A DNA stretch of 64,000 nucleotides from a virus. Below the pieces are notes generated by a model that saw only the letters and a list, made by a program, of their open reading frames with translations, ran no database searches and was not told the origin of the DNA. Below are positions 30,256-39,616 of this stretch, piece by piece. The translations under genes were made by a program, and so were the position numbers. Position 1 is the stretch's first letter; the number at the start of each line of letters is the position of its first letter. The DNA lies in IMG/VR virus record IMGVR_UViG_3300033182_001261, positions 1 through 64,000 of that record. One strand, given 5' to 3'.

Positions 30256-30968
30256 TGAATAAGAAAATTCTGAAAGAAGTGAATGAAGTTGCATGTGAAA
30301 TTATTCGTGGAGATTGTGATATAAATAAAACTAGCAAGGTTTATAAAAAGTTGATAAAAGAGATAGACAGGTTAGAGAAAAAGAAGAAAAAGACTAAGCA
30401 TACTATTGATTTGATAACTTCCGCAAAAAAGTTAGCAGAAACTATGAAAGTTTATATAGATGTGAGTGGAATTATAAAATGAAAAGAGAATGAAATGAAG
30501 CATGGTAGAAGGGCGCAACAACAAAGAAGAAAACTACGTAATAAGATTGTAGAACAATCTAATAATTCACATACCAAAGAGAGTTTAATAGGAAATTCTG
30601 TTGAAGAGTTGAAAGAAATACTCGAAAGATTTTCACTCACAAAAGAAGAATCCTCAGATATTTCTTCAATCATACCAGAACAGGAAATAGACAAAGAATA
30701 AATGGAATCAGGTAAGTTAAATATGGATTTAAAAGGCAACCCTTATCAATGGGTTAAAACAAACAACCCTAATATTTATAAGTTAGAAACAAACTTATCT
30801 ACTCAGAATTGTAAAATTCGAAGAGATATTGAATCGAATGATATAGAGATGATTGAACTGAATCAAGGTCCAAAATTCACCAACAGAATGTTGATAGACA
30901 ATAAAAGAATTGATAGGTTTGTATTAAATCTCGGAGAAATCACGGCAGAGTGTAAGAATTTGATATAA
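30255..30968 (+). CDS. Three tandem small hypothetical ORFs (30255-30482, 30495-30701, 30702-30968)
   Basis: Tightly packed, same strand. Confidence 0.55.
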
Positions 30969-31088
30969 CACACAAAAAAGTCTAAATTAGATATTTTTTT
31001 GTAAAAAATATATATTTAAATATACCAATAAATATATGTTTGGGGTATCGCGAGCAGTTCGGCATTCCGAAAAAAACCAGAGGTTTAT

Positions 31089-31700
31089 ATGAAAATGTAT
31101 AAAATACAAGACTATTTGACTGAACAGGAAAACGGTTTTCTAATATACTGCGATATGGACGGAGTACTCACAAATTATGACGGTCATTTCATTGAATATT
31201 ATCATAATCAGTTCCGAGAAACTGAACTATATCTAAAAGACTCTGATAGTTATCCTGAGTTTCCAAATGCTAAAACTGCAAATGATATCACAGGCAATCT
31301 ACACAAGAAAAAGAAGTATGAGGTTGCTAAAAAAGCGTCGAAAGAATTCTGGAGTGATATGCCTTGGCATCCGGATGGTAAAGCATTATGGAAAGCAATC
31401 AAACCACTCAACCCTATAATTCTATCAACTCCTGCTGCGAGCAAAAATAGTGAAGATGGAAAAAGGGAATGGGTCAAAACTCAACTCAAAATATCAACAG
31501 TAATTTTGAGTTCTAACAAATATGAATATGTGAAAGATAATCTATTCGTCCCAAAAGGAAAAGAAAACTATAAAAGAATTCTGATTGACGATACACCAAA
31601 GAAGATATCAGGATGGAATTCCGCAGGAGGAATAGGCATTCTACATAAATCCTCAAGAGACACAATATCAAAACTTAAAAAACTAGGAGCAATCAAATGA
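31089..31700 (+). CDS. HAD-family 5'(3')-deoxyribonucleotidase-like phosphatase
   Basis: YCDMDGVL, FW..MPW..DGK.LW, ILSTP, GK..W, ILIDD...W..AGGIGILH. Confidence 0.88.
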   Translation: MKMYKIQDYLTEQENGFLIYCDMDGVLTNYDGHFIEYYHNQFRETELYLKDSDSYPEFPNAKTANDITGNLHKKKKYEVAKKASKEFWSDMPWHPDGKALWKAIKPLNPIILSTPAASKNSEDGKREWVKTQLKISTVILSSNKYEYVKDNLFVPKGKENYKRILIDDTPKKISGWNSAGGIGILHKSSRDTISKLKKLGAIK

Positions 31701-31860
31701 TTTCATCTATATGTACACTATCAATTATTATATTAGTATCAGTTATCCTTACAAATGTTCAAATGAAAGCAAACAGAAGGATGAAGCAATTAGAGAATTC
31801 AAGAATTGTGAAAGAGGTGATAGATGAGATAAATAATAAATAAGAGATGAAAGGAATATC

Positions 31861-32100
31861 ATGGAAGAAGATGGTCATAACCCAATTTGGACACAGATTC
31901 CCAATTTAAGTGGTTGGGAATATGACGCAGCTGCCGAAAGGAAGCATACATATTCTGATAGCCCCGGAACTATAACTGGTGGAGTTAGACAATATACCAC
32001 CGCATCAGGAAATGTTTGCGAAACTTATATTAGATGTAGACAGATAGAACATCCTACAAGAATCTTAGGGGAAGTTAGTAAAACGTATTACGATAAATAA
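31861..32100 (+). CDS. Hypothetical late protein
   Basis: AATAAATA and AAGGA upstream. Confidence 0.6.
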   Translation: MEEDGHNPIWTQIPNLSGWEYDAAAERKHTYSDSPGTITGGVRQYTTASGNVCETYIRCRQIEHPTRILGEVSKTYYDK

Positions 32101-32292
32101 TAGTATGATAACATTCTTACTATGCTTTATAATAATTATTCTACTCACCAATACCATCATAACTCATATTGAAATAAAAAGAATGCTTAAGTTGTTGAAT
32201 GATGAAAATCCAGATGAGTTCAAAGAGAAAATCAAAGAGTTCAAAAACGAATACAGAACATTCATTAAACGATGGGGAAAGTTCTAACATAT

Positions 32293-32345
32293 TATAAATA
32301 TACTTGACAAGACCTACTTTATATACTATAATAATTATATAAGGT
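32293..32345 (+). promoter_or_regulatory. Adjacent late (TATAAATA) and early (TTGACA-N17-TATAAT) promoters
   Basis: TATAAATA at 32293, TTGACA at 32304, TATAAT at 32327, then TATAAGG leader. Confidence 0.7.
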
Positions 32346-32363
32346 TGAGTAAAAGGTGAGAAC

Positions 32364-32678
32364 ATGAAAAGACAATACAGACTCGAAGACTTCCTCATAG
32401 AGATGTCTGCCTCAGAAGCAGAACAAATTCTTGGACTCTCTGGTAGCTACTCAGCAGCACAAGTTAAAAGTTCCTATAAAAAGATGTCTCTGAAACATCA
32501 TCCTGATAAAGGTGGATCAACAGAGATGATGAAAAAAGTCAATGCTGCATACTTCGAAAATAGATTATATAGTGATAGTGTAAGATGGAAAGAAATGGAA
32601 TTCATAAAAGTTGATCCAAAAGAACTAATTCCTGAAGATTCCATAAAAACTTTCTACCTTTGGTATAAAAATAGATAG
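32364..32678 (+). CDS. J-domain (DnaJ-like) protein
   Basis: ILGL...VKSSYKKMSLKHHPDKGGS.EMMKKVNAAY with HPD motif. Confidence 0.88.
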   Translation: MKRQYRLEDFLIEMSASEAEQILGLSGSYSAAQVKSSYKKMSLKHHPDKGGSTEMMKKVNAAYFENRLYSDSVRWKEMEFIKVDPKELIPEDSIKTFYLWYKNR

Positions 32679-32692
32679 GAGAATTTTTTATT

Positions 32693-33115
32693 ATGAAGAT
32701 GAAAACTGTGATGGAGATAGGACAAATATTTCATAAATTACCAACAATTGAAAGAAATCATACGGATTGGAATGAAGTGGTGTTTGCAGCAATCAAGCTT
32801 GATATTAAAAAATTACTTCCTAAAACTTATAGGAAGTGGTCACTAGTCGAATGTGATGAAAATTATGGAATTTCCAGAAATCAGAATTCAATTGAAATAT
32901 TATATGTTAATACTGTTCATAGTTGCGAGATGAGATTTGAAATTTCTTCAACAATGGGAAGAACCACAAAAGATGGATACGCATACTTCGAATCGCAATG
33001 GACATATGGTAATAAAGACGAAGGAATAAGACAAAATTGGGTTATTTTTCGAGATGCTTCAGTGGCAACAATCAAAAAAGATTTAGACGCTGGTCAAAAA
33101 CTAATTAAGAAGTGA
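32693..33115 (+). CDS. Hypothetical protein, paralog of ORF 34785
   Basis: KKLLPKTYRKWSL...NSIEILY versus KKQVPKRYKNWNL...NAIEIDY. Confidence 0.7.
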   Translation: MKMKTVMEIGQIFHKLPTIERNHTDWNEVVFAAIKLDIKKLLPKTYRKWSLVECDENYGISRNQNSIEILYVNTVHSCEMRFEISSTMGRTTKDGYAYFESQWTYGNKDEGIRQNWVIFRDASVATIKKDLDAGQKLIKK

Positions 33116-33566
33116 TTTATATGAAAACTAAAATCAGTAATGAACTCCTACAAGAGATACTCACCACAACAGAAGAAATAAGACAACTTCAGAGACAAAT
33201 AAAGACGAATGCGGAAGGTCTAGCAACCAAACTGAATAAAGAGATAAACGAATTGGAACTCATTCAAAACCCTTCCGAAACCCTTCAGAAGTATATCATG
33301 TCATCTAGAAACCTACTAAGGGAGATACAGAGAATCCCAAAATCTATTTAATTCATAAATAAATGTATGCCAGATTTTAGAGACCAAGTAAAGCATACAA
33401 TCAGATCCGTCCAAAGGCAGTTAGAGTTCCTTATACTTGAAATAGAAAATGTTCCCACTCTGAAAAAGGAAACAGAAGAACTCAAAGAATTCAAAAGAAA
33501 ACTGACAAAACTCCAGATTAAAGGTCTCCCCAGAACAATAATAAGAAAATAATTTTCCAAAACCCC

Positions 33567-33620
33567 TTGACAAGACCTCCCCTTCCTGTTATAATATTAA
33601 TATAAGGTAAGAAAAGGAGA
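33567..33620 (+). promoter_or_regulatory. Early promoter cassette
   Basis: AAAACCCC-TTGACA-N17-TATAAT-ATTAATATAAGGTAAGAAAAGGAG. Confidence 0.85.
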
Positions 33621-33625
33621 TACAA

Positions 33626-33970
33626 ATGGAAAAACCTTTAGACTTTTATGAAAGCACAGTAATGAATCTGCTTTCAATCAGTGAGGAAATACTTGACACA
33701 AAAAAGACTGATGAAGGAACAAACCTTAAAAACTTCAAAAGTCTCCTCAAAGAAGAATTCAAGTTCGACAAAATGAAACCACTCAATGATATCCTCAAAG
33801 AGTTAGAAAAAGAAAACTTAATAGTAATAATGAGAGGAACAAGAATCAGAACCTCAAAAGATGGAATGTTTCATACTGAAGAAAGATACAGTGAAGTTTA
33901 TTCAAGAGAAAGAATTGATAGGATAGCAGAATCCAAAAACACAATTATAGTAACAGGAAGAAGAAAGTGA
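33626..33970 (+). CDS. Hypothetical early protein, possibly winged-helix
   Basis: Directly after promoter cassette; L..L.KENLI pattern. Confidence 0.6.
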   Translation: MEKPLDFYESTVMNLLSISEEILDTKKTDEGTNLKNFKSLLKEEFKFDKMKPLNDILKELEKENLIVIMRGTRIRTSKDGMFHTEERYSEVYSRERIDRIAESKNTIIVTGRRK

Positions 33971-34361
33971 GAGACAAAAGTAGATTGGAATATAGAGTAT
34001 ATGACGAGGAGGATATCCTTATAGGCAAAGTCTTAAGGGATAATGATGGAATGTATCAATTCATAGTCAATGATAAAGAAAGAATATGTAAAGGTCTCCT
34101 AGTTCCAAATCTTAGGTCAGTTCGAATAGGTATTGAATTGATGTATGGTATTAAGAAAGTCAGGATAGAGGAGTATTACGGATGAAAAACAATAAGAAAG
34201 GAAAAGAGAAAAAAAGAAGAGGAAGAGTTCAAGTTAACTTCAATACAGGACAAAGAGTCCATAAGTCCAAAAAAGACTATAAAAGAAACAATAAAGTGGA
34301 TATCCCAAATAACAAAGAAGAATAAATAAATAGGTATACAAACAAACAAGGATATAATATT

Positions 34362-34757
34362 ATGGAAAAGAAAACATTAATCGATTTAGCAGACTTATTG
34401 AATGAAATAAGAAACCCTCAAACAGAAATAGCAGAAGAGCATCGAGAAGAACTCGAAGAAGCTCGACAAATATCTCAAGGCGCTATAGCACCAAGTGATA
34501 TAGCACCAAGTGATATGGCAAGAATCAAAACACTTGAAAAGCTTTTCACAGCATCTTTCGAAGAATTTCATGCAAGTATTCACGGTTCTATAGTGGATCT
34601 AAACTTCAAAGGACCGAAAAGTGCTGGTGGCAATTTACTCATGGCAGAAGAATGGTTATGGATCTCAAAACAAATAAAGAAGTTGAAGATTCGATGGATT
34701 CAAATCTATAGGACTAGAGTAAGTGTAGGATTAGAATCAATAAACGAATACGATTAA
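34362..34757 (+). CDS. Hypothetical late protein with family-B leader
   Basis: ATAAATA upstream; MEKKTLIDLADLLNEIR; in-frame 15-bp tandem duplication (IAPSD x2). Confidence 0.65.
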   Translation: MEKKTLIDLADLLNEIRNPQTEIAEEHREELEEARQISQGAIAPSDIAPSDMARIKTLEKLFTASFEEFHASIHGSIVDLNFKGPKSAGGNLLMAEEWLWISKQIKKLKIRWIQIYRTRVSVGLESINEYD

Positions 34758-34784
34758 ACGAATACGACTATTAGGAAAAAGACA

Positions 34785-35210
34785 ATGGAAAAGAAAACTA
34801 TCAACGATATAGCAGAAATCCTACAAGAGATAAGAACGCTCCAAGAAAACGAGAATCCAGAATTTGAAAAAGAATTCACTACACTCAAAAACAATCTAAA
34901 GAAACAAGTCCCAAAGAGATATAAGAATTGGAATTTAGATAGTGTGAATGAAAAATTCGGAGAGAGAAAAGGAAGAAACGCAATAGAAATAGACTATTCA
35001 CATAAGAGCAGTGAAGAAATAATGGTAACATTTATACTTTCAACAAAGACTGCACTCATAGGTAAATTCAGAGATGGCCATATATGGTTACATGTAGAAT
35101 ATATGAATGGTGAAGATGGAGAATACTTAGCAGAGGAATGGATAAAACCAAAAGATGCTAATATAAAAACTATTCAGAAATATTTAGATATAGCAGAGAA
35201 AAAAGGGTGA
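34785..35210 (+). CDS. Hypothetical protein with family-B leader, paralog of ORF 32693
   Basis: MEKKTINDIAEILQEIR; shared body motifs with 32693. Confidence 0.7.
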   Translation: MEKKTINDIAEILQEIRTLQENENPEFEKEFTTLKNNLKKQVPKRYKNWNLDSVNEKFGERKGRNAIEIDYSHKSSEEIMVTFILSTKTALIGKFRDGHIWLHVEYMNGEDGEYLAEEWIKPKDANIKTIQKYLDIAEKKG

Positions 35211-35239
35211 TCCTTAAGTGAGTGATTGATGAAATCCTA

Positions 35240-35673
35240 TGCTTTGCTACTAGTCGTCCATATGAGTACTAATAATAAACAATAAAAGGACATTATAATG
35301 AAAGAAGAACTCGGTAAATCAACATCTAAACAAGTCCTCAACAAATACAAAAGCAAGATAGAAGGTATGGACGTAAGAGTAAGTAAACTATAAAAACCTA
35401 TTGACAATCATATCCTTTTATGTTACACTAATAATAACATAAGAGAAGGAGATATAACATAATGACAACAGAAAGAGTAAAAGAGTTAGTAGAGTTCTAT
35501 GAAGACAAAGTTAAAAGAGAGAAAGACGAAGAACAAAGAAAAGTTTGGCAAAGAATACTAAATGCTTGGACAGTTGAGTTATGGCAGAGAGAACATAATT
35601 ATTGCTTTGCTACTAGTCGTCCATATGAGTACTAATAATAAACAATAGAAAGATATTATAATGAAAGAAGAAC
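35240..35673 (+). repeat. 71-bp direct repeat, copies at 35240-35310 and 35603-35673
   Basis: 68/71 identical by eye; each copy ends in ATG AAA GAA GAA C, the start of an ORF. Confidence 0.9.
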
Positions 35674-36005
35674 ATGTAATACTTTTCGGAGATTATAAAA
35701 CTTTACAAGAAGATGGGATAGGTAATGGAGAATCTTCTGGTTGTGGGTATAATGGGATAGGTATAGGAAAAGGTAGGTCTATAGGTGGTAATGGTTCTAT
35801 GCTACAATCCCCATTAGATGAAGGTCACTATTATGATGTAGACTTTGATATCTTTAATCCAGAATATAAAGAAAAGTATAAGATGTCTTTAGGTTTAGGT
35901 GTAGGACTAGCTATAGGGTCAGGGTTAAGTAATCAACAATTGTTTCGTGAAAAATATGAAAGATTCATAGGTGATGGTGCCAGAAGAATAAAAGAAAACA
36001 GATAA
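35661..36005 (+). CDS. Gly-motif (GxGxGxxxGxG) small protein
   Basis: GIGNGESSGCG, GIGKGRSIG, GLGVGLAIGSG. Confidence 0.7.
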   Translation: MKEEHVILFGDYKTLQEDGIGNGESSGCGYNGIGIGKGRSIGGNGSMLQSPLDEGHYYDVDFDIFNPEYKEKYKMSLGLGVGLAIGSGLSNQQLFREKYERFIGDGARRIKENR

Positions 36006-36112
36006 TGCTATTCTGAATATATGAAATGCTTTTTTATATAGGAGGAGTCGAGTTTAGTCTGTATGTATCGCAAGGCTCGCACGCGTGCGCACGAAAAATT
36101 TTCTCTAATATG

Positions 36113-36217
36113 GCTTGACAAATGCTCCAAAGTGTGATTGGAAAAATAATTCAAAATAATGCTTGACAAATGCTCCAAAGTGTGATTCCGAATTATTTTC
36201 CGAAAGCACTTGACAAA
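36113..36217 (+). repeat. Tandem 27-bp repeat GCTTGACAAATGCTCCAAAGTGTGATT (36113, 36161) plus partial third copy (36209)
   Basis: Two perfect copies 48 bp apart; third CTTGACAAA 47 bp further. Confidence 0.9.
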
Positions 36218-36299
36218 GACCACACATTATGATATGCCACAAGCACTCCCAAATGTCAAGAAAAAAATACGGTGAATACGCATCATTTTTCGAAAAGAG

Positions 36300-36348
36300 A
36301 AAAAACGACGAGTATGGGATATAGATCCTCTCTTCGATTGACTCGCCG
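36300..36348 (-). terminator. Probable intrinsic terminator of leftward transcription
   Basis: Minus-strand stem CGGCGAGT/ACTCGTCG (one G.U) with inner GGAT/ATCC hairpin, followed by U6. Confidence 0.5.
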
Positions 36349-36473
36349 TAAAACGTTTCCTTTTCAGCAACAATCTGGGTCCGTATAAGGAAAGTGTCTT
36401 ATGTTACACTATCATTCCCCTTCATACTGCCTATTTCGGCAAACGTTTCTCAATATTGTTTATAAAATATCTC

Positions 36474-36899
36474 TCATACTACTCTCCTTTTCAAAAAAGA
36501 CTGAATCAAAAGTTTAGCATCATCCATAGTTGGAGTAATGAAGGTCATTTCAGAAACCTTCACCTCATACTTGTCTGCATGGATTGGTGTGATGGAAGCA
36601 ACCAGTTCAAGACTATTGACATCGTGAAAAGTTTCCACCCTATTTGGGATTACACCGTGAACACCGTGAAGTTCGAAACCTTTTATAATATTTTCCATCT
36701 TACTCTCCTACCTTACTTCTACTTTCCCACCCATATAACCTAACACATAAGTTGGAGAAGTATCCCCAATCTTTTCCTTCAATTTAAATATTCTCTGCTT
36801 AATAGCATACGACTTTCTCTCATCCCCACAGAACGTTAATAAGTACTTCTGGGACTTCTCTATCTGTTCCTTAATCTTTTGAATTTCTTTTTTATCCAT
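36474..36899 (-). CDS. Two small early ORFs (36708-36899 and 36474-36698)
   Basis: Downstream of promoter at 36942-36970; AAGGAG RBS before ATG 36899. Confidence 0.6.
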
Positions 36900-37044
36900 T
36901 TTGTTCTCCTTTAGTAACCCTTTTCTTAACCTTATATTAATATTATAACAGGAAATAGTACTTTTGTCAAGGGGTTTTCGAAAAAAAGTCCAACTATTTC
37001 CAAAATGGAAACAGTTCGATCCAAATATTTCCGCGCGTAGGAAA

Positions 37045-37088
37045 AGGACTCCTAAACATATCCACCGCAGATATATCCTAGGAGTCCT
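37045..37088 (-). terminator. Hairpin, probable terminator
   Basis: Perfect 10-bp stem AGGACTCCTA/TAGGAGTCCT, inner ATATC/GATAT, short U-run on the minus strand. Confidence 0.55.
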
Positions 37089-37131
37089 AATAAGGTTAAA
37101 AAGGCACCATAAAAGGAGATTATGGAGTGTG

Positions 37132-37314
37132 TTATATAATGATGATAGGTTCTCGATCCTCTGCCATTTTCGGATAATGATCACTGTGAGTTATGTCACG
37201 TGACTTATCGAAGTATATCCGTTGGCGTATCGTACCATCATTATAAAATCTGACAATCTTATCTAAGGATCCGTCATCGTCTTAGACTTTTACTTCTTTT
37301 GGATCTATTCTCAT
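37132..37314 (-). pseudogene. MORN/YwqK-like small gene interrupted by an in-frame TAA at 37282-37284
   Basis: MRIDPKEVKV*DDDGSLDKIVRFYNDGTIRQRIYFDKS...; ATGA overlap with upstream stop. Confidence 0.55.
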
Positions 37315-37875
37315 ATATCATTTTCCTTTTGAACTTCATAAAACATAGCATTGAGAAACTCAATTGCATGTTTTCCTACAACCCAAGTATCTTTATCCTC
37401 AAAGAACATATTACCAACAGTTCTCATATCATAACCTTCTTCTGCTTCAATGAAGAAGGCAAGAGTATAACAGGTATCGCTATTCCACTTAACAAGTTCA
37501 TATTTTTTGTTTATTTTATCAAAACGGAACTCTACATCACGTAGTCTCATATTAGTCTCTATCCCTAAACCACATCTCACGTGGCATATCACCTGTCTGG
37601 TAACCGAGTCGATCAGTGTCATATTTATAGTTGTATGTCTTAGGGGATACTTTTCGATTAGCTACGATCCCCTTACGAGCTCGTTCTTCTTTCTGTGCTT
37701 TACAATGAGCAGCCCATTTGTCAATTTCTTTTATAGCCTTTTCTCTATACTCAGCATTTCTTTTTTCTCGGGCTATCTTTAATTGCTTCTGCCACTCGAG
37801 ATTTTCTAATCTATCTTTTTCTTTTTGTTCTGGTGTTCTTGTATCTTGTTTTCTTATTATCCATTGCATACTCAT
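37311..37875 (-). CDS. Two early hypothetical ORFs (37552-37875 and 37311-37550)
   Basis: Promoter at 37931, AAGGAG RBS; second ORF probably starts at ATG 37550. Confidence 0.6.
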
Positions 37876-38147
37876 AATGATCTCCTTTTCTTTAACCTTA
37901 TATTAATAGTATAACATATATGCGAGGGGTTGTCAATAGGTTTTGAGAAAATAATTCGAATTATTTTCTAGAGGGTACATCCAAAGGTAACCCTTTACTT
38001 ATTCTTTTTTCTATATAAATTTTCCAATTGGAAAAATTAGTATCCTTTACAACACTCTTATTTGTTTCACTCTTTTTCATTTCGATCTCCTTTTCTTTAT
38101 CTTATATTAATATTATACTATATTTCTCAACAAAAGTCAAGGGGTTT

Positions 38148-38396
38148 TTAGGAATAAACTACAGAAATTTCTTCCTCACCCTCCCTAGTCAATCCTAGAC
38201 CATGAGGATTATCGAAAGCTCTTTCATAAGCCATCCAAGCAAACTTTCTAAACCTAGACACATATGTTTCCTCAAAGGAATCACCCTTGAAGTATCCAAC
38301 ATACCAAGTGACTTTACCACAGTCGTTGACCTTCTTCATTCCGAATTCCTTCTCACCTTTAACAAAACCACTCTTGAAATTTGTTTCACTTTTCAT
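38148..38396 (-). CDS. Early hypothetical protein
   Basis: Own promoter cassette and GAGG RBS. Confidence 0.65.
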   Translation of the reverse strand: MKSETNFKSGFVKGEKEFGMKKVNDCGKVTWYVGYFKGDSFEETYVSRFRKFAWMAYERAFDNPHGLGLTREGEEEISVVYS

Positions 38397-39616
38397 AATA
38401 ACCTCTTTTCTAACCTTATATTAATAGTATAACACATATATGAGACATTGTCAAGGGTTTTCAAGAATTATTTTGAATTGCCCTGATTAATTGTCCATAT
38501 AAGTGGTCAAGTATTTTTAAGTTAATATCGAACTCCACCTTAGAGGAAACGGAGTTGTTCAATCTCTCACCATACTCCCGCACACGCACTCTTAATTCAT
38601 CTGTTGTTAGATATTCTGGTTTTTCCATATTCACTCCTTTTTTAATCTTATATAACTATTATAACAGGAAATAGTACTCTTGTCAAGGGGTTTTTACAAA
38701 TTAATTAAACTTTTTCACACTCTGTTGCTAATGTAGTACCACAAGAACAGATCCTTAATTCTAAATCGTAAGTTCTGTATTTCCCTGTCTTAAATGTGGA
38801 AAGGTACTTTGTCATCTGCTCATAGTCATTCCTTGTGGGAAACTTCCTAGAACAAGCAGTACACGCCTTATATACAACATCAACTAGTTCCTTATTCATG
38901 ATTCCATCCTTTTCAATACCATATATTCACGCATACTCTTGTAGAACACTTCCTTTCTATTAATAATTTTCTTCGGATTAGCATAAAAAGCATCTCTCAT
39001 ATTCTTTTCATATAACTTAATTAAGTTTTTCATCTCTCTCCTTAAGTAACCTTTTTCTTTATCTTATATTATTATAACAGGATATAGGGGTCTTGTCAAG
39101 GGGTTTTGTGAAAAAAGATGAAATATTTTTAATTATTTTTCCAATCATACTTTGTTGGACTTGTCAAGTGCTTTTAGGACTTTTTTTTGATTTTTCGTGT
39201 TTTTTGGTGTTCGTTCGCACCTGTTCATTTTGAAACACTTCCGAACTGTTCGCAGTGTTCGCAAATGACTGTCTATCTGCTTTGGGTACTTGCTATATGG
39301 GGCTTAAGAACGTACCTGTCTTCCTCTCACTCTCAAAAACCTTTCTCCCATATACAAAATATTCTACAATGCACGCGCAGGAGAAAGGAGAAAACAGAAG
39401 TTTTATATATACATTTGGAAATGTTTTATGAGTACTGTGAAAAAATTTAAATTTTTGCAAAAAATCCTAGCATATAGGCTGCCGCATCGCACTCTGAAAC
39501 ATTTCGAAAATAAGACTGTCATGTGGCACCCACCCCAGTACCCCAATTTGGAAAAAATTTTAGCAAAAAATTCTCGCATGCGTGAGAGACTCTAAAACTC
39601 TCGGAACGATAAATAC

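Larger units (their letters stand above)
36920..39105 (-). promoter_or_regulatory. Array of six leftward early promoter cassettes (-35 boxes at 36965, 37931, 38135, 38449, 38681, 39094)
   Basis: Each is AAAACC(C/T)-like, then TTGAC(A/T)-N17-TATA(A/C)T, then an ATATAAG(G/A)T leader and RBS. Confidence 0.88.

Noticed and set aside
36113-36217. Possible mini-CRISPR array (27-bp repeats)
   Set aside because: Only two full copies, spacers about 21 nt and related to each other by inversion, repeats contain TTGACA, no cas genes
36900-37184. Long N-terminal extensions of track ORFs 36708, 49663, 43680, 60605, 58729, 4496 and 26772
   Set aside because: Extensions are translations of promoter cassettes (e.g. 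LDK...CYNINIR) or overlap upstream genes; better RBS-supported starts lie downstream
37282-37284. Stop-codon reassignment
   Set aside because: TAA, TAG and TGA all terminate well-conserved genes at expected lengths; the only tRNA seen is not a suppressor
39209-39263. Possible LexA/SOS boxes (GAAC/GTTC motifs)
   Set aside because: Spacings (1, 5 and 6 nt) match neither CGAAC-N4-GTTCG nor GTTC-N7-GTTC
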